A stretch of 38,104 bases of DNA. It comes from an uncultured Clostridia bacterium (GTDB lineage: Bacteria; Bacillota; Clostridia; Christensenellales; UBA1242). How positions within the stretch are numbered: the first letter of the stretch is position 1; every line of letters begins with the position of its first letter. The position numbers were made by a program, and so were the translations under genes. This document shows positions 18,327-29,697 of this stretch, one piece after another. The notes under the pieces were generated by a model. It was not told the DNA's origin. It made no database searches and saw only the letters and a list, made by a program, of their open reading frames with translations. The stretch covers positions 1 to 38,104 of the forward strand of contig CAMOCH010000003.1 of assembly GCA_946610655.1 (NCBI GenBank), read 5' to 3'.

Positions 18327-19083
18327 AATTGTTTGCCTCCAGTTTTTTGGTTAATATCTCAACGCCATCTTCTTTGATTAAAACAGTATTTTCATAGTGT
18401 GCACTTGGTCTTGCATCTCTTGTTCGAGCGTCCCAACCATTTAAGTACAAATCATATGTTCCTGCTGCAATCATTGGCTCAATACAAATTGTCATTCCGG
18501 CTTTGAGCTTAATTCCAGTTCCTGCTGTTCCATACATTGGAACAAAAGGATCTTCGTGCATATGTCTGCCTATTCCATGTCCTCCCATAACCCTAACAGA
18601 ATTAAAGCCATGTTTTTCAGCATGTTTTTGAACAGCTGCACCAATGTCACCAAGTCTGCTACCTTCTTTTAATCCTTCCAAAGCTTTGTAAAAGCATTCT
18701 TCAGTGACTTTAATTAGTTTTTGTTTTTCTTCACTAACCTTGCCAACGGCAAAAGTTCGTGCTGCATCACCATTGTAACCTTTATAAGCAGCCACACAGT
18801 CGATGCTAATAATTTGTCCTTCTTTTAATATCTCATCTTCACGAGGAATTCCGTGAACAACAACTTCATCAATAGATGTGCAAATTGTTGCAGGAAAGCC
18901 TTCATAGCCAAGACAAGAAGGTTTTGCACCACGACTAATTATATAGTCATGAGCGATTTTATCGAGCTCTTTGGTTGATATGCCTGGGCGAATGTTTTTG
19001 CCAACCTCTTCAATTGCTCGAATGGTTATATCTCCAGCCACACGCATAAGTTCAATTTCTTTTTGACTTTTTATAGATATCAT
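18319..19083 (-). CDS. map: Methionine aminopeptidase type I
   Basis: VVVHGIP, GHGIG..MHEDP, IEPM, SAHYENT. Confidence 0.97.
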   Translation of the reverse strand: MISIKSQKEIELMRVAGDITIRAIEEVGKNIRPGISTKELDKIAHDYIISRGAKPSCLGYEGFPATICTSIDEVVVHGIPREDEILKEGQIISIDCVAAYKGYNGDAARTFAVGKVSEEKQKLIKVTEECFYKALEGLKEGSRLGDIGAAVQKHAEKHGFNSVRVMGGHGIGRHMHEDPFVPMYGTAGTGIKLKAGMTICIEPMIAAGTYDLYLNGWDARTRDARPSAHYENTVLIKEDGVEILTKKLEANNFE

Positions 19084-19086
19084 TGA

Positions 19087-19710
19087 TTACTTTCCCAGTC
19101 CTTTAACAATTTGTTCAAGCACAGTTGCAGGAGTTTTATTAGCATCTACAGTCAAAACTTTACCTTGTTTTTTATAATAATCAACAATTGGTAATGTTTG
19201 TTTTGAAAAAGTTTCAAGTCTCTTTTTTATTGATTCTTCAGTGTCATCAGAGCGAACTACATATTTTGTTCCACATAGAGAGCATTTGTTTTTATCACCT
19301 GCAAAATTAATGTTGTGAATATGTCCACATTTTGGACAAGTTCTTCTGCCGGCAATTCTTGCCACTACTGTATCAAAATCAATATCGAGGAATACAACTT
19401 TATCAATTTTAGTGATGCTATCAAGTAGCATTGCTTGAGTTAAAGTTCTTGGAAAACCATCAAGGATATACCCTTTTTTGCAATCTTTGTTTGCAAGTCT
19501 CTCTTTAAGCAAAACAATTGTTATGTCGTCTGGAACAAGAGCACCTGCATCAATAATTGCTTTAATTTGTTTTCCAAGTTCACTTCCACTGGAAACAATA
19601 TTTCTAAATAATTCTCCAGTGGAAATTGTTGGAATATTATAAATTTTTGAAAGAGTCTCTGCTTGTGTGCCTTTTCCGGCACCTTGAGCACCCATTATCA
19701 AAATCTTCAT
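19087..19710 (-). CDS. adk: Adenylate kinase (Zn-lid)
   Basis: GAGKGTQA, LDGFPRT, CPKC..CSLC. Confidence 0.97.
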   Translation of the reverse strand: MKILIMGAQGAGKGTQAETLSKIYNIPTISTGELFRNIVSSGSELGKQIKAIIDAGALVPDDITIVLLKERLANKDCKKGYILDGFPRTLTQAMLLDSITKIDKVVFLDIDFDTVVARIAGRRTCPKCGHIHNINFAGDKNKCSLCGTKYVVRSDDTEESIKKRLETFSKQTLPIVDYYKKQGKVLTVDANKTPATVLEQIVKGLGK

Positions 19711-19718
19711 ATTTGCCT

Positions 19719-21014
19719 CTATAACAAATTTTTATGTCTCTTCATCATAAGTTGAGCATCTAGTTGTTGACTAAATTCTAGTGCAACACTAACAATAATC
19801 AACATTCCTGTTGCAGTAAATGCATTAAGAAGTGATAATTGTCCACCAGCAACAATCTTAAAGATAATTGCAGGTACTAACGCAAGGAACGCAAGGAAAA
19901 TTGCACCAAATAATGTTATTCTCTTTGAGACCCTTGACAAATAGTCTGTTGTTGGTTTTCCTGGACGAATACCAGGAATAAAACCACCATTTTGTTGAAT
20001 ATTTAAGCTTACTTCTGCAGGATTAAATTGCATTTGAGCGTAGAAATATGAGAAGAACAATATAAGAAGTGCAACGCAGATACTATAAACAATTGTTCCT
20101 GTGCCCATATATGTTCCCCACCAATTTGCAAATCCTGTATTTTGCCAGAATAATGCAATTAGAAGTGATGGGAATGTTATGATTGCTGTTGCAAAAATGA
20201 TTGGCATAACACCAGTTGCGTTAACCTTCATAGGAATATATGAAGATTGACCACCAAACATTTTTCTTCCTTTAACTTGTTTTGCATATTGAACAGGTAT
20301 TCTTCTTTCTGCTCCATCAACCCAAACAATAAGGGCAAACAATATGATTGCCATTGCAATAAATCCAAGGAGTTCCCACAAATATGAAATATTTGATGTG
20401 AACACACTAGAAATTGCGTTTGCAATTGATTGTGCAGATGTTGCAATAATACCAACAAAAATGATTAATGACAAACCATTACCAATTCCTTGAGCAGTGA
20501 TTCTATCACCAAGCCACATTGTCATACATGTTCCGGCTACAAGCAAAACCACAACCATAACGCCAGTAAGCCAAACTAGTTTTTCACCAAAGATTGGTGA
20601 AAGTGTGTTTTGATATCCAAGAACTATACCTACGCCTTGCGCAATAGCAAGAACAATAGCTACAATTTTTGTAATAAGGTTAATTTTTTCTCTGCCCTCA
20701 TCACCTTGCTTAGAAAGTCTTTGCAAAGCTGGGATACCAAAGGTCAACAATTGAACAATAATTGACGCATTGATATATGGGGTTACGCCGAGTGCAAAGA
20801 AGGCTGCGTTAGAAAGCGCACTACCAGTTACAGTATTAAGCAAACTTAGTATTCCCACACTGTCGTTTTCAACAATGCTAGAATATGTGTCGGCATTAAG
20901 TCCTGGAACAGGAAGCCAACAACCAAGTCTGTAAACAACCAATAATAGCAAAACTATTATTAGTTTCTTTCGTATGTCTTTATCCTTGAAAGCACTTGCG
21001 AGCGATTTAAACAT
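19719..21014 (-). CDS. secY: Preprotein translocase SecY
   Basis: ALGVTPYINASII, GIGNGLSLIIF, FIPGIRPGKPT. Confidence 0.98.
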   Translation of the reverse strand: MFKSLASAFKDKDIRKKLIIVLLLLVVYRLGCWLPVPGLNADTYSSIVENDSVGILSLLNTVTGSALSNAAFFALGVTPYINASIIVQLLTFGIPALQRLSKQGDEGREKINLITKIVAIVLAIAQGVGIVLGYQNTLSPIFGEKLVWLTGVMVVVLLVAGTCMTMWLGDRITAQGIGNGLSLIIFVGIIATSAQSIANAISSVFTSNISYLWELLGFIAMAIILFALIVWVDGAERRIPVQYAKQVKGRKMFGGQSSYIPMKVNATGVMPIIFATAIITFPSLLIALFWQNTGFANWWGTYMGTGTIVYSICVALLILFFSYFYAQMQFNPAEVSLNIQQNGGFIPGIRPGKPTTDYLSRVSKRITLFGAIFLAFLALVPAIIFKIVAGGQLSLLNAFTATGMLIIVSVALEFSQQLDAQLMMKRHKNLL

Positions 21015-21457
21015 TATACCACCTCTATTGATCCACCCACAGCAGAAATTTTATCTGTTGCAGATTGTGTAAATTTAGCAGCCTTAACAGTTAATTTTTT
21101 GGTTAAATTTCCATTACCAAGAACTTTAAGACCATATGGTTCAATTTTAGAAATAATTCCATTGTCTTTCAAAAGTTCTGCAGTAACAACTGTTCCATCA
21201 TTGAGTTTTTCAAGGTCGCTAACATTAATTGTAGTATAAACCTTTTTCCAATTATTTGTAAAGCCTCTTTTAGGAAGTCTACGAATAAGTGGCATTTGGC
21301 CACCTTCAAATCCAGGTCTAACTCCACCACCAGAACGAGCGTTTTGACCTTTATGACCTTTACCAGAGGTTTTTCCAAGTCCAGAACCGGTACCACGACC
21401 AAGTCTTCTAGCTTTTGTTGTTGAACCAGGTGCTGGTGCTAATGTATGTAATTTCAT
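21014..21457 (-). CDS. rplO: 50S protein uL15
   Basis: [28 protein letters not shown]; start could alternatively be GTG 21463. Confidence 0.97.
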   Translation of the reverse strand: MKLHTLAPAPGSTTKARRLGRGTGSGLGKTSGKGHKGQNARSGGGVRPGFEGGQMPLIRRLPKRGFTNNWKKVYTTINVSDLEKLNDGTVVTAELLKDNGIISKIEPYGLKVLGNGNLTKKLTVKAAKFTQSATDKISAVGGSIEVV

Positions 21458-21475
21458 ATACACATGTCTCCTCTA

Positions 21476-21955
21476 TTAAATTTCTTCAACTTTAACAAGA
21501 TGCTTAACCACAAAAATCATTCCTCTTGTGCAAGCGTTATCTGGTTTAATTGTTGAGCTATTTGTTTTTCTTAAGCCTAAAGCTTCTAGTGTGCGTTGTT
21601 GTTTAATAAGTCTACCTGAACCACTTTTAACAAGTGTAATTTTTAATTGTTTTTCAGCTTTTTTAGCTGGTTTTGTAGCTTTTACTTTTTCTTCAACTTT
21701 TGCTGTTTCAACTTTTTTAGCTTCAGCTGCAACAACTTTTGTTTCTTCTGCTTTTACGGCAGCTGCTTTAGTTGTTGTCTTTTTAGCAGCAGTTGCTGTT
21801 GTTTTTTTAGCAGTTGTTGTTTTTGTTGCTGAAGTTTTCTTTTCAGTTGAAGTTTCAGCTTTTTTTGCTGCAGTTTTAGCAGTTGTTGTTGCTTTTTTTG
21901 TTGTAGAAGCTTTTGTAGCAGCTGTTTTTGTTGTTGTTTTCTTTGTTTCTGCCAT
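21476..21955 (-). CDS. rpmD: 50S protein uL30 with ~100-aa Lys/Ala/Thr-rich N-terminal extension
   Basis: C-terminal LKITLVKS...TLEALGL...RGMI..VKHLVKVEE; position between rpsE and rplO; SD before ATG 21955. Confidence 0.92.
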   Translation of the reverse strand: MAETKKTTTKTAATKASTTKKATTTAKTAAKKAETSTEKKTSATKTTTAKKTTATAAKKTTTKAAAVKAEETKVVAAEAKKVETAKVEEKVKATKPAKKAEKQLKITLVKSGSGRLIKQQRTLEALGLRKTNSSTIKPDNACTRGMIFVVKHLVKVEEI

Positions 21956-21965
21956 TTTTTTTCTC

Positions 21966-22583
21966 CTATCTTATTTCTTCAACTGATTTGCCACGCATTT
22001 GCGCAACTTGTTCAGCATTTCTAAGTTTTGTAAGTCCATCAAATGTTGCTTTAACAACGTTGATTGGGTTGTTTGAACCGTAAGATTTTGTTGTGATATC
22101 TTTGATTCCTGCCATTTCAACAACGGCACGAACAGCACCACCAGCAATAACTCCATTACCTTCTTTACTTGGCATCATCAAAATTTTTGTTGTTTCAAAT
22201 CTACCAATCATTTCATGAGGTATTGTTGTTCCATTAATTGCGATGCTAACAATATGTCTTTTTGCATCTGCTGTTGCTTTTTCAATAGCAATAGATGTTT
22301 CTGCACCTTTACCCATTCCAACACCAATGCGACCATTCTTGTCTCCAACAACTACGATTGCGTTGAATCTTGGTTTACGTCCACCTTTAACAGTTTTAGA
22401 AATTCTGTTAATAGAAATGGTTTTCTTTTCAAGACCATCACCTTTTTCTTCTCTACGGTCACGTCTTGGACGGCGTTCAAATTTTTTGCCTTTATTGTTT
22501 CTTTCTTTCTTTTCTACTGGAGCTTCTGTTGTTTCAACTTGTGCTTCAGCTTCAACAGCTTGAACATTTTCTACTTCTGCCAT
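21966..22583 (-). CDS. rpsE: 30S protein uS5 (N-terminal extension)
   Basis: KTVKGGR, VVVGD, GVIAGGAVRAV. Confidence 0.97.
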   Translation of the reverse strand: MAEVENVQAVEAEAQVETTEAPVEKKERNNKGKKFERRPRRDRREEKGDGLEKKTISINRISKTVKGGRKPRFNAIVVVGDKNGRIGVGMGKGAETSIAIEKATADAKRHIVSIAINGTTIPHEMIGRFETTKILMMPSKEGNGVIAGGAVRAVVEMAGIKDITTKSYGSNNPINVVKATFDGLTKLRNAEQVAQMRGKSVEEIR

Positions 22584-22591
22584 AACGCCTC

Positions 22592-22954
22592 CTAGAACTC
22601 AAGTCCTGCATCTCTTGCACCTTCGGCAAGTTTTTGCACACGACCAGTGTAGATGTATCCACCACGGTCAAATACGACTTTTTTAATTTTTAACTTTTTA
22701 GCACGGCTGCCAACAAGTTTACCAACTTCAAAAGCAACTTCGCTTTTTGTTTTTCCTTCAATTTTAATTTCTTTATCTAGGCTTGATGCGCTGCAAAGTG
22801 TTTTGCCTGCTTCATCATCAATAATTTGAGCATAGATATGAGTGGTTGAACGATAAACATTAAGTCTTGGTTGTTCTTTAGTTCCACTTAAGCTGTTTCT
22901 AATACGATCATGTTTTGCTTTTCTATCTGCATTTTTATTAGATTTCTTAAACAT
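22592..22954 (-). CDS. rplR: 50S protein uL18
   Basis: [20 protein letters not shown]. Confidence 0.97.
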   Translation of the reverse strand: MFKKSNKNADRKAKHDRIRNSLSGTKEQPRLNVYRSTTHIYAQIIDDEAGKTLCSASSLDKEIKIEGKTKSEVAFEVGKLVGSRAKKLKIKKVVFDRGGYIYTGRVQKLAEGARDAGLEF

Positions 22955-22966
22955 ACTCTACTCTCC

Positions 22967-23509
22967 TTATTTTTTACCTTTTTTGATTTCTTTTCTGCGA
23001 ATAGTTTCATTTGTATAGTAGATACCATAACCATGATATGGTTCAACTCTCTTAAGAGCTTTGATATCTGCAGCAAATTGACCAACAGCTGTTTTGTCAA
23101 TTCCTGAAACTACAATTTCTGTTGCACTTGGACAAGTTGCAGAAAGTCCTTTTGGAATTTCAACATTAACTGGATGTGAAAAACCAATGTTAAGAACAAT
23201 TTTGTTTCCTTGAACGGCACATTTATAACCGATACCAGAAATTGTTACAGATTTTGAATAGCCTTCTGTTACACCTTTTACCATATTAGCAATAAGTGCT
23301 CTATAAAGACCATGTTTTGCTTTAACGGCGTTTTCTTCGCTGTTTCTTGCAAGATGAACTTCGTTTCCGTTAACATTCACAGTAATGCAAGAATCAACCC
23401 ATTGTGTAAGAGTGCCTTTTGGACCAGTTACAACAACATCTCCGTTTTCTTTTTGTTCTACTTTAACTCCAGCAGGAATAGTTATAGGAGCTCTACCAAT
23501 TCTACTCAT
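22967..23509 (-). CDS. rplF: 50S protein uL6
   Basis: MSRIGR start at 23509, GFSHPV, EPYHGYGI. Confidence 0.97.
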   Translation of the reverse strand: MSRIGRAPITIPAGVKVEQKENGDVVVTGPKGTLTQWVDSCITVNVNGNEVHLARNSEENAVKAKHGLYRALIANMVKGVTEGYSKSVTISGIGYKCAVQGNKIVLNIGFSHPVNVEIPKGLSATCPSATEIVVSGIDKTAVGQFAADIKALKRVEPYHGYGIYYTNETIRRKEIKKGKK

Positions 23510-23519
23510 ATCACCCCTC

Positions 23520-23918
23520 CTACCAAATATAGGCGAGAACTTCGCCACCAATATTTAATTTTCTAGCATTTTTATCTGTCATAACACCTTTTGATGTTGA
23601 CACAATGGCAATGCCAAGACCAGATAATACTTTTGGAAGTTTGTCTGCATTTGCATAAATTTTAAGACCTGGTTTAGATATTCTTCTAAGGCCAGAAATG
23701 ATTTTCTCGCCTTTTGGACCATACTTAAGTTTTATAACAAGTGAGGTAAACTTTCCTTCAGTTGTTTCTTCAAAACTTGCAATATATCCTTCATCTAAAA
23801 GAATTTGAGCAATTGCTTTTTTCATTTTAGATGTTTCCATAGCTACAGTTTCATGACGAGCTGTTTGCGCATTACGAATGCGTGTGAGCATGTCTGCAAT
23901 TGGATCTGTTACTATCAT
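23520..23918 (-). CDS. rpsH: 30S protein uS8
   Basis: [22 protein letters not shown]. Confidence 0.98.
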   Translation of the reverse strand: MIVTDPIADMLTRIRNAQTARHETVAMETSKMKKAIAQILLDEGYIASFEETTEGKFTSLVIKLKYGPKGEKIISGLRRISKPGLKIYANADKLPKVLSGLGIAIVSTSKGVMTDKNARKLNIGGEVLAYIW

Positions 23919-23930
23919 TTTTCTTCCTCC

Positions 23931-24116
23931 TTACCAGCTTGCCTTTTTAACTCCAGGAATTTCACCTTTGTATGCGAGTTCTCTGAAGCAAATTCTGCAA
24001 ATACCATATTTTTTCAAAACAGCGTGTGGTCTGCCACAAATAGAACAACGAGTGTATGCGCGTGTACTAAATTTAGCAGGTCTTGCTTGTTTAACTTTCA
24101 TAGATGTTTTTGCCAT
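23931..24116 (-). CDS. rpsN: 30S protein uS14 (Zn-binding type Z)
   Basis: [23 protein letters not shown]. Confidence 0.97.
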   Translation of the reverse strand: MAKTSMKVKQARPAKFSTRAYTRCSICGRPHAVLKKYGICRICFRELAYKGEIPGVKKASW

Positions 24117-24134
24117 ATTTCTCTCCTTGTTCCT

Positions 24135-24683
24135 CTAGGCCTTTTTGAAAGGCATGCCCATTTTTGCAAGTAGGCTTCTTGCCTCATCATCGGTGTTTGC
24201 TGTTGTTACAAAGCATACATCGAAACCACGGATTTTTTCAATTTTGTCATATTGAATTTCAGGGAAAATCAATTGTTCTTTAACTCCATATGAGTAGTTA
24301 CCTCTGCCGTCAAAAGCTTTTGGATTAAGACCACGGAAGTCACGAACTCTTGGAAGAGCAATCGCAATAAATTTATCCATAAATTCATACATTTTTTCGC
24401 CACGAAGTGTTACTTTTGCACCAACTTTTTCACCAGCTCTAAGTTTGAAGTTAGCAACTGATTTTTTAGCTTTGGTGATAACTGCTTTTTGTCCAGCAAT
24501 TTGTTCTAACTCTTCAACAGCAAGGTTAAAACTCTTTGAGTTACCTTTTTCATCACCAAGTCCCATATTCAAAACAATTCTGTCAAGTTTTGGAACTTCG
24601 TTAACATTTTTATATTTAAATTCATTAAGAAGTGCAGGAACAACTTCTTTTTTGTATTTAGCTTTCAATCTGTTTTCTGCCAT
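24135..24683 (-). CDS. rplE: 50S protein uL5
   Basis: [24 protein letters not shown]. Confidence 0.98.
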   Translation of the reverse strand: MAENRLKAKYKKEVVPALLNEFKYKNVNEVPKLDRIVLNMGLGDEKGNSKSFNLAVEELEQIAGQKAVITKAKKSVANFKLRAGEKVGAKVTLRGEKMYEFMDKFIAIALPRVRDFRGLNPKAFDGRGNYSYGVKEQLIFPEIQYDKIEKIRGFDVCFVTTANTDDEARSLLAKMGMPFKKA

Positions 24684-24688
24684 TTACC

Positions 24689-25219
24689 TTACACTCCTCT
24701 TTGTGCTGATTTTCCAGTTGCAATTTTAGACTTTGTTGTTGCAGTCTTTGTTGCTTTAACTTTTGTTTCAGCAGTTTTTGTTGTTTTTGTTGAAGCTGTT
24801 TTTGTTGTTTTAGCTGCAGCTTTTTTAACTGGTTTTTCTTCAGCTACTGTTTCATCTTTTGCTTCAACTTTTTTAGCTGTTTTCTTTTCAACTTTAGCAG
24901 CTTTTTCATTTAAGTTAGCACCACATTTGCATGTTCTAACTTTTTTGCCATCAACGATTGCGTGATGAACTCTTGTTGCTTTTCCACATTTTGGGCAAAC
25001 AATCATAACGTTAGAAGCATCAATTGTGCCTTCAACTTTTCTAATTTCGCTCTTATCTTGAGCACTTCTTGCTTTGTGAGTTTTTGAAACAATGTTCACT
25101 CCCTCAACAACAATACGATTGTCTTTAGGAGAAACTTTCAAAACTTTACCTTGTTTACCAGCGTCTTTACCAGTTAAAACAACAACGGTATCGCCAGTTT
25201 TTACGTTCATCTTTGTCAT
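24689..25219 (-). CDS. rplX: 50S protein uL24 with ~70-aa Lys/Ala/Thr-rich C-terminal extension
   Basis: KTGDTVVVLTGKDAGKQG, VEGVN; low-complexity tail. Confidence 0.95.
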   Translation of the reverse strand: MTKMNVKTGDTVVVLTGKDAGKQGKVLKVSPKDNRIVVEGVNIVSKTHKARSAQDKSEIRKVEGTIDASNVMIVCPKCGKATRVHHAIVDGKKVRTCKCGANLNEKAAKVEKKTAKKVEAKDETVAEEKPVKKAAAKTTKTASTKTTKTAETKVKATKTATTKSKIATGKSAQRGV

Positions 25220-25228
25220 AATTTCCTC

Positions 25229-25597
25229 CTAAATAACTTCTGGTGCAAGTGAAATAATTTTCATGAAATCTTTATCACGAAGTTCACGTGCAATAGGTCC
25301 AAATATACGAGTTCCTCTTGGTTGTTTTTGGTTATCAATAACAACTGCAGCATTATCATCAAAACGAATTGTAGATCCGTCAACTCTTCTTACTTCTTTA
25401 TGAGTGCGAACAACAACAGCTTTAACAACATCACCTTTCTTAACAGTTCCACCAGGAGTAGCTGTTTTAACGCTTGCAACAATAATATCGCCAACGCTAG
25501 CATATCTACGCTTTGAACCACCAAGAACTTTGATACACATAATTTCTTTTGCGCCAGTGTTATCTGCAACTTTAAGTCTAGTTTGTGGTTGTATCAT
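25229..25597 (-). CDS. rplN: 50S protein uL14
   Basis: [22 protein letters not shown]. Confidence 0.98.
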   Translation of the reverse strand: MIQPQTRLKVADNTGAKEIMCIKVLGGSKRRYASVGDIIVASVKTATPGGTVKKGDVVKAVVVRTHKEVRRVDGSTIRFDDNAAVVIDNQKQPRGTRIFGPIARELRDKDFMKIISLAPEVI

Positions 25598-25615
25598 AAT
25601 TTCTTCTCTCCTTCG

Positions 25616-25879
25616 TTATTTGACCTTTTCGACTATTCTAACCAATCTCCATCTCTTATTTTTGCTCATTGGACGAACTTCTGCAACTTCAACGGTATCG
25701 CCAATGCTGCATTCGTTATTTTCATCATGAGCAACAAGAGTTGTTGTATGGTTCATTGTTTTCTTGTAGATTGGATGTTTAACTTTTGTATGAACTTTAA
25801 CAGTGATTGTTTTGTCCATTTTATTGCTAGAAACAATACCAATTCTTGTTTTTCTTAAATTTCTTTCTAATTCTGCCAT
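25616..25879 (-). CDS. rpsQ: 30S protein uS17
   Basis: [23 protein letters not shown]. Confidence 0.97.
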   Translation of the reverse strand: MAELERNLRKTRIGIVSSNKMDKTITVKVHTKVKHPIYKKTMNHTTTLVAHDENNECSIGDTVEVAEVRPMSKNKRWRLVRIVEKVK

Positions 25880-25887
25880 ATCTCACC

Positions 25888-26142
25888 TTAACCCTTTATA
25901 GCCTTTTTAGCAGTTTTTTTAGCTGGCTCTGCAGCCACAGGTGCTTTTGCTATATTTAATTCTCTTTCACGAATTATAGTCTTTACTCTAGCAATATCTC
26001 TTTTGCAATTTTTAAGTTGCAAAGGATTAGATAAGCTGTTTGTAGCGTGAGCGAAACGCAAATTAAAAAGTTCTGCTTTTAAACTTGCAAGTTTGTCTGC
26101 AAGTTCAACATCTGTCATACTTGCGAATTGATTACTCTTCAT
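25888..26142 (-). CDS. rpmC: 50S protein uL29 (short basic C-terminal tail)
   Basis: ELFNLRF, RDIARVKTI. Confidence 0.96.
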   Translation of the reverse strand: MKSNQFASMTDVELADKLASLKAELFNLRFAHATNSLSNPLQLKNCKRDIARVKTIIRERELNIAKAPVAAEPAKKTAKKAIKG

Positions 26143-26144
26143 CG

Positions 26145-26579
26145 TTATTCACCCTCCACTTTTGTTTCTAAATCAGCTTTTGATGCTATTTTTGTTTTAC
26201 ATGGCAATTTGTGAGTTGCAAGACGAAGTGCTTCAAGAGCCATTTCTTCTTTAACTCCACCAATTTCAAACATTACTCTGCCTGGTTTAACAACAGCAAC
26301 CCAAAATTCTGGGTTACCTTTACCACTACCCATACGGGTTTGTGCAGGTTTTTTAGTTATTGGTTTGTCTGGGAATATTTTGATCCAAACTTTACCACCA
26401 CGTTTTGTGTAACGTGTCATAGCAATACGAGCTGCTTCAATTTGGTTAGATGTGATCCAGCATGGTTCCATTGCAACGATACCATATTCACCATAAGTGA
26501 TTTTGTTACCACGAGTTGCCTTGCCGTTCATTCTACCTCTTTGAACTTTTCTTCTTTTTACTCTCTTAGGCATCAACAT
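26145..26579 (-). CDS. rplP: 50S protein uL16
   Basis: [15 protein letters not shown]. Confidence 0.98.
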   Translation of the reverse strand: MLMPKRVKRRKVQRGRMNGKATRGNKITYGEYGIVAMEPCWITSNQIEAARIAMTRYTKRGGKVWIKIFPDKPITKKPAQTRMGSGKGNPEFWVAVVKPGRVMFEIGGVKEEMALEALRLATHKLPCKTKIASKADLETKVEGE

Positions 26580-27240
26580 GTTTGTTTCCTCCTACATTAG
26601 ATGTAAGATTGGTTTTTCCAAGAATTTCACCTTTATAAATCCAAACTTTAACACCAAGTTTTCCATAAATATGAGCTTCAGCAAAGCCATAGTCTATGTT
26701 TGCTCTAAGTGTTTGAAGTGGAAGTGAACCTTCTTGATAAAATTCGCTACGTGCAATTTCTGCTCCGTCCAAACGTCCACCAACCATGATTTTAACACCC
26801 TTAACACCTGCTCTTGTGCAACGGTTAAGTGCTTGTTTCATTGCTCTACGGAAGCCAACACGTGCTTCAAGTTGAGCGCAGATGCTTTCTGCAACAAGTT
26901 GTGCATCAGTATCTGGTGATTTAATTTCCATAACATTAACTGCAATATCTTTTCCAGTCATTTTGTTTAAAGCTGCTTTCATTTGTTCAACTCCAGCACC
27001 TTTTTGTCCAATTACCATACCAGGTTTGCTAGTATAGATTGAAACAATAACTTTTTGAGCTGTTCTATCAATAGCTATTTTAGAAATTGCATGATTTTTA
27101 TAATTTTTTGTAAAGTATTTACGAATGTCATTATCTTCTTTAATAAAAGTTGCAATATCTTCTTTTCTTGCGATCCAGTTGCTATTCCAACCTTTGTTAA
27201 TGCCAATTCTCATACCATTAGGATTAACTTTTTGTCCCAT
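26566..27240 (-). CDS. rpsC: 30S protein uS3
   Basis: [24 protein letters not shown]. Confidence 0.98.
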   Translation of the reverse strand: MGQKVNPNGMRIGINKGWNSNWIARKEDIATFIKEDNDIRKYFTKNYKNHAISKIAIDRTAQKVIVSIYTSKPGMVIGQKGAGVEQMKAALNKMTGKDIAVNVMEIKSPDTDAQLVAESICAQLEARVGFRRAMKQALNRCTRAGVKGVKIMVGGRLDGAEIARSEFYQEGSLPLQTLRANIDYGFAEAHIYGKLGVKVWIYKGEILGKTNLTSNVGGNKHVDA

Positions 27241-27248
27241 AATTCCTC

Positions 27249-27635
27249 CTACGCCTTAACATCCAAAATCACTGTTACATGACTTGTTCTTTTTAATATA
27301 GAATGAGCTCTACCTTTGCTAACTGGTTGGAATCTTTTTAAAGTTTGTCCACCATCTGCAAAAGTTTCTGCAACATAGAGGTCTGATTTGTTAAGTCCTA
27401 AGTTGTTTTCTGCGTTTGCACCAGCACTTTCAAGAACTTTTAATACAACTTCTGCTGAAGTGTTGGTCATGTTTTTAAGTATTGCAACTGCATCAGCGTA
27501 ATCTCTTCCGCGGATAACATCAAGCACTACTCTAACTTTAGAAGGCGCAACTCTAACATATTTTGCAACAGCTTTTGCACGAGTGTCGCGAGTTGCAGCA
27601 ATTTTTTCAGCTTTTTGTCTTTGTCTTGTTGCCAT
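27249..27635 (-). CDS. rplV: 50S protein uL22
   Basis: SAGANAENN, LKRF..KGRA..ILKRTSHVTV. Confidence 0.97.
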   Translation of the reverse strand: MATRQRQKAEKIAATRDTRAKAVAKYVRVAPSKVRVVLDVIRGRDYADAVAILKNMTNTSAEVVLKVLESAGANAENNLGLNKSDLYVAETFADGGQTLKRFQPVSKGRAHSILKRTSHVTVILDVKA

Positions 27636-27916
27636 TATTGTTTGCCTCCTGTTGTTTTAGCACCTTTGTGACCTTTGAAGGTTCTTGTTGGTGCAAATTC
27701 GCCAAGTTTATAGCCAACCATTTCAGATGTAATATAAACAGGCACATGTTTTCTGCCATCATGGACAGCAATTGTATGACCAATCATTTCTGGAACGATT
27801 GTTGATGATCTAGACCAAGTTTTGATTGGTTGTTTTTCATTAGCCGCGTTAAGTGCATTAACTTTTTTCATCAAGCTTTCTGCAACAAAAGGGCCTTTTT
27901 TAATACTTCTACTCAT
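27635..27916 (-). CDS. rpsS: 30S protein uS19
   Basis: [25 protein letters not shown]. Confidence 0.98.
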   Translation of the reverse strand: MSRSIKKGPFVAESLMKKVNALNAANEKQPIKTWSRSSTIVPEMIGHTIAVHDGRKHVPVYITSEMVGYKLGEFAPTRTFKGHKGAKTTGGKQ

Positions 27917-27927
27917 TTGCCTGCCTC

Positions 27928-28755
27928 CTAATTAACTCTCTTAACAATAAACTTGTTAGAACGATTTTTCTTTTTACGTGTTTTAAATCCAAGTGCAGGT
28001 TTGCCCCATGGAGTCATTGGACCAGGATGTCCAACTGGAGACTTACCTTCACCACCACCATGTGGGTGATCTACTGGGTTCATGACACTACCACGAACTG
28101 TAGGACGAATTCCCATATGACGTTTTCTACCAGCTTTACCAAGTGAAACAATTTCATGTTCGGTGTTACCAATTTGACCAATTGTTGCACGGCAAGTTAC
28201 TGGAACTTTTCTCATTTCTCCTGATGGCATACGAAGTGTTGCATATTTGCCTTCTTTTGCCATGTATTGTGCGCTGTTACCAGCACTACGAGCAATTTTT
28301 CCACCACGTCCTGGTTGGAATTCAATGTTGTGAACAATTGAACCAACTGGAATGTTGTCAAGTGGCAAACAGTTGCCCACTTTAATTTCTGCATTTGCAC
28401 CACTCATAATAGTGTCTCCAACAGAAAGTCCAAGAGGTGCTAAGATATATCTCTTTTCACCATCTGCATAGTTAAGAAGCGCAATATAGCTGCTTCTGTT
28501 TGGATCATATTCAATGCTTGCAACTTTTGCAGGAATATCATCTTTATTTCTTTTAAAATCAATTACTCTATACTTTTGACGATTTCCACCACCAATGTGA
28601 CGAACTGTTATTCTGCCATAGCTGTTACGGCCACCAGATTTTTTAACAATGTCAAGCAAACTTTTTTCTGGTTTGTTTGTGGTGATTTCTTCAAAAGAAG
28701 GAGTGGTCTTAAATCTTTGACCAGCGCTTGTCGGCTTAAATCTTTTTAATGCCAT
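27928..28755 (-). CDS. rplB: 50S protein uL2
   Basis: [20 protein letters not shown]. Confidence 0.99.
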   Translation of the reverse strand: MALKRFKPTSAGQRFKTTPSFEEITTNKPEKSLLDIVKKSGGRNSYGRITVRHIGGGNRQKYRVIDFKRNKDDIPAKVASIEYDPNRSSYIALLNYADGEKRYILAPLGLSVGDTIMSGANAEIKVGNCLPLDNIPVGSIVHNIEFQPGRGGKIARSAGNSAQYMAKEGKYATLRMPSGEMRKVPVTCRATIGQIGNTEHEIVSLGKAGRKRHMGIRPTVRGSVMNPVDHPHGGGEGKSPVGHPGPMTPWGKPALGFKTRKKKNRSNKFIVKRVN

Positions 28756-28772
28756 AATTTTCTCTCCTCATA

Positions 28773-29063
28773 TTAAGACAAACTATCGAAGAATTCAATT
28801 GACTTACTATCTGCTGTAAGTTGAACAATAGCTTTTTTGTAGCTTCCTGTGAGTCCTTCGTATTTGCCTTGTCTTTTTACTTTTCCAAATACATTAGCTG
28901 TATTAACGCTTTTTACTTTAACTTTAAATAGACTTTCAACTGCTTGTTTAATTTGAGTTTTGTTTGCATTTTTTGCAACTTCAAAAGTGTATTTTTTATT
29001 TGCAATATCTGCATAGCTCTTTTCTGACAAAACAGGTCTTATGATAATATCTTGTGCAAACAT
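28773..29063 (-). CDS. rplW: 50S protein uL23
   Basis: [23 protein letters not shown]. Confidence 0.97.
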   Translation of the reverse strand: MFAQDIIIRPVLSEKSYADIANKKYTFEVAKNANKTQIKQAVESLFKVKVKSVNTANVFGKVKRQGKYEGLTGSYKKAIVQLTADSKSIEFFDSLS

Positions 29064-29680
29064 TATTTACAAGCCTCCTCTATCTTTTTGATAGCTTCTT
29101 TTGTAATAACAACTTTGTCTGCAACTGCAATATCGTATGTGTTTACAAAATCTGCTGTTGTTACATTAACTAGGCCAAGGTTACCACTTGCACGAACAAC
29201 ATTTTCATTAATGTCTTCTGTTACAACTGTAACACGTTTTTCAATTTTGAAAGCTTCAAGCAAAGCAACCATTTCTTTTGTTTTGCCTTCAAGTTTAAGT
29301 TCGTCAACAACAACAACATTCTTGTCTGCGAATTGTCTTGAAAGTGCACTAACAAAAGCACCAGTTTTCATTTGTTTGTTGATTTTCTTTGAAAAATCTC
29401 TTGGTTTTGGAGCAAATACAACTCCACCTTTGATCCATTGTGGAGCACGAATTGAACCTTGACGAGCACGTCCTGTTCCTTTTTGTCTCCATGGTTTTCT
29501 TCCACCACCACGAACTTCAGTTCTAGTTAGTGTGCTTTTTGTTCCTTGTCTTTGGTTAGCAAGATAGCTAACAATTACTTGATGAATAAGAGCTTCATTA
29601 TAAGGAACTTTGAAAACTGAATCTGCAACAGTAAGTTTGCCTACTTCTTCTGCTTTAACATTATATACTTTAACTTGCAT
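29063..29680 (-). CDS. rplD: 50S protein uL4
   Basis: [19 protein letters not shown]. Confidence 0.98.
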   Translation of the reverse strand: MQVKVYNVKAEEVGKLTVADSVFKVPYNEALIHQVIVSYLANQRQGTKSTLTRTEVRGGGRKPWRQKGTGRARQGSIRAPQWIKGGVVFAPKPRDFSKKINKQMKTGAFVSALSRQFADKNVVVVDELKLEGKTKEMVALLEAFKIEKRVTVVTEDINENVVRASGNLGLVNVTTADFVNTYDIAVADKVVITKEAIKKIEEACK

Positions 29681-29697
29681 TACTTTTTCCTCCTTCC

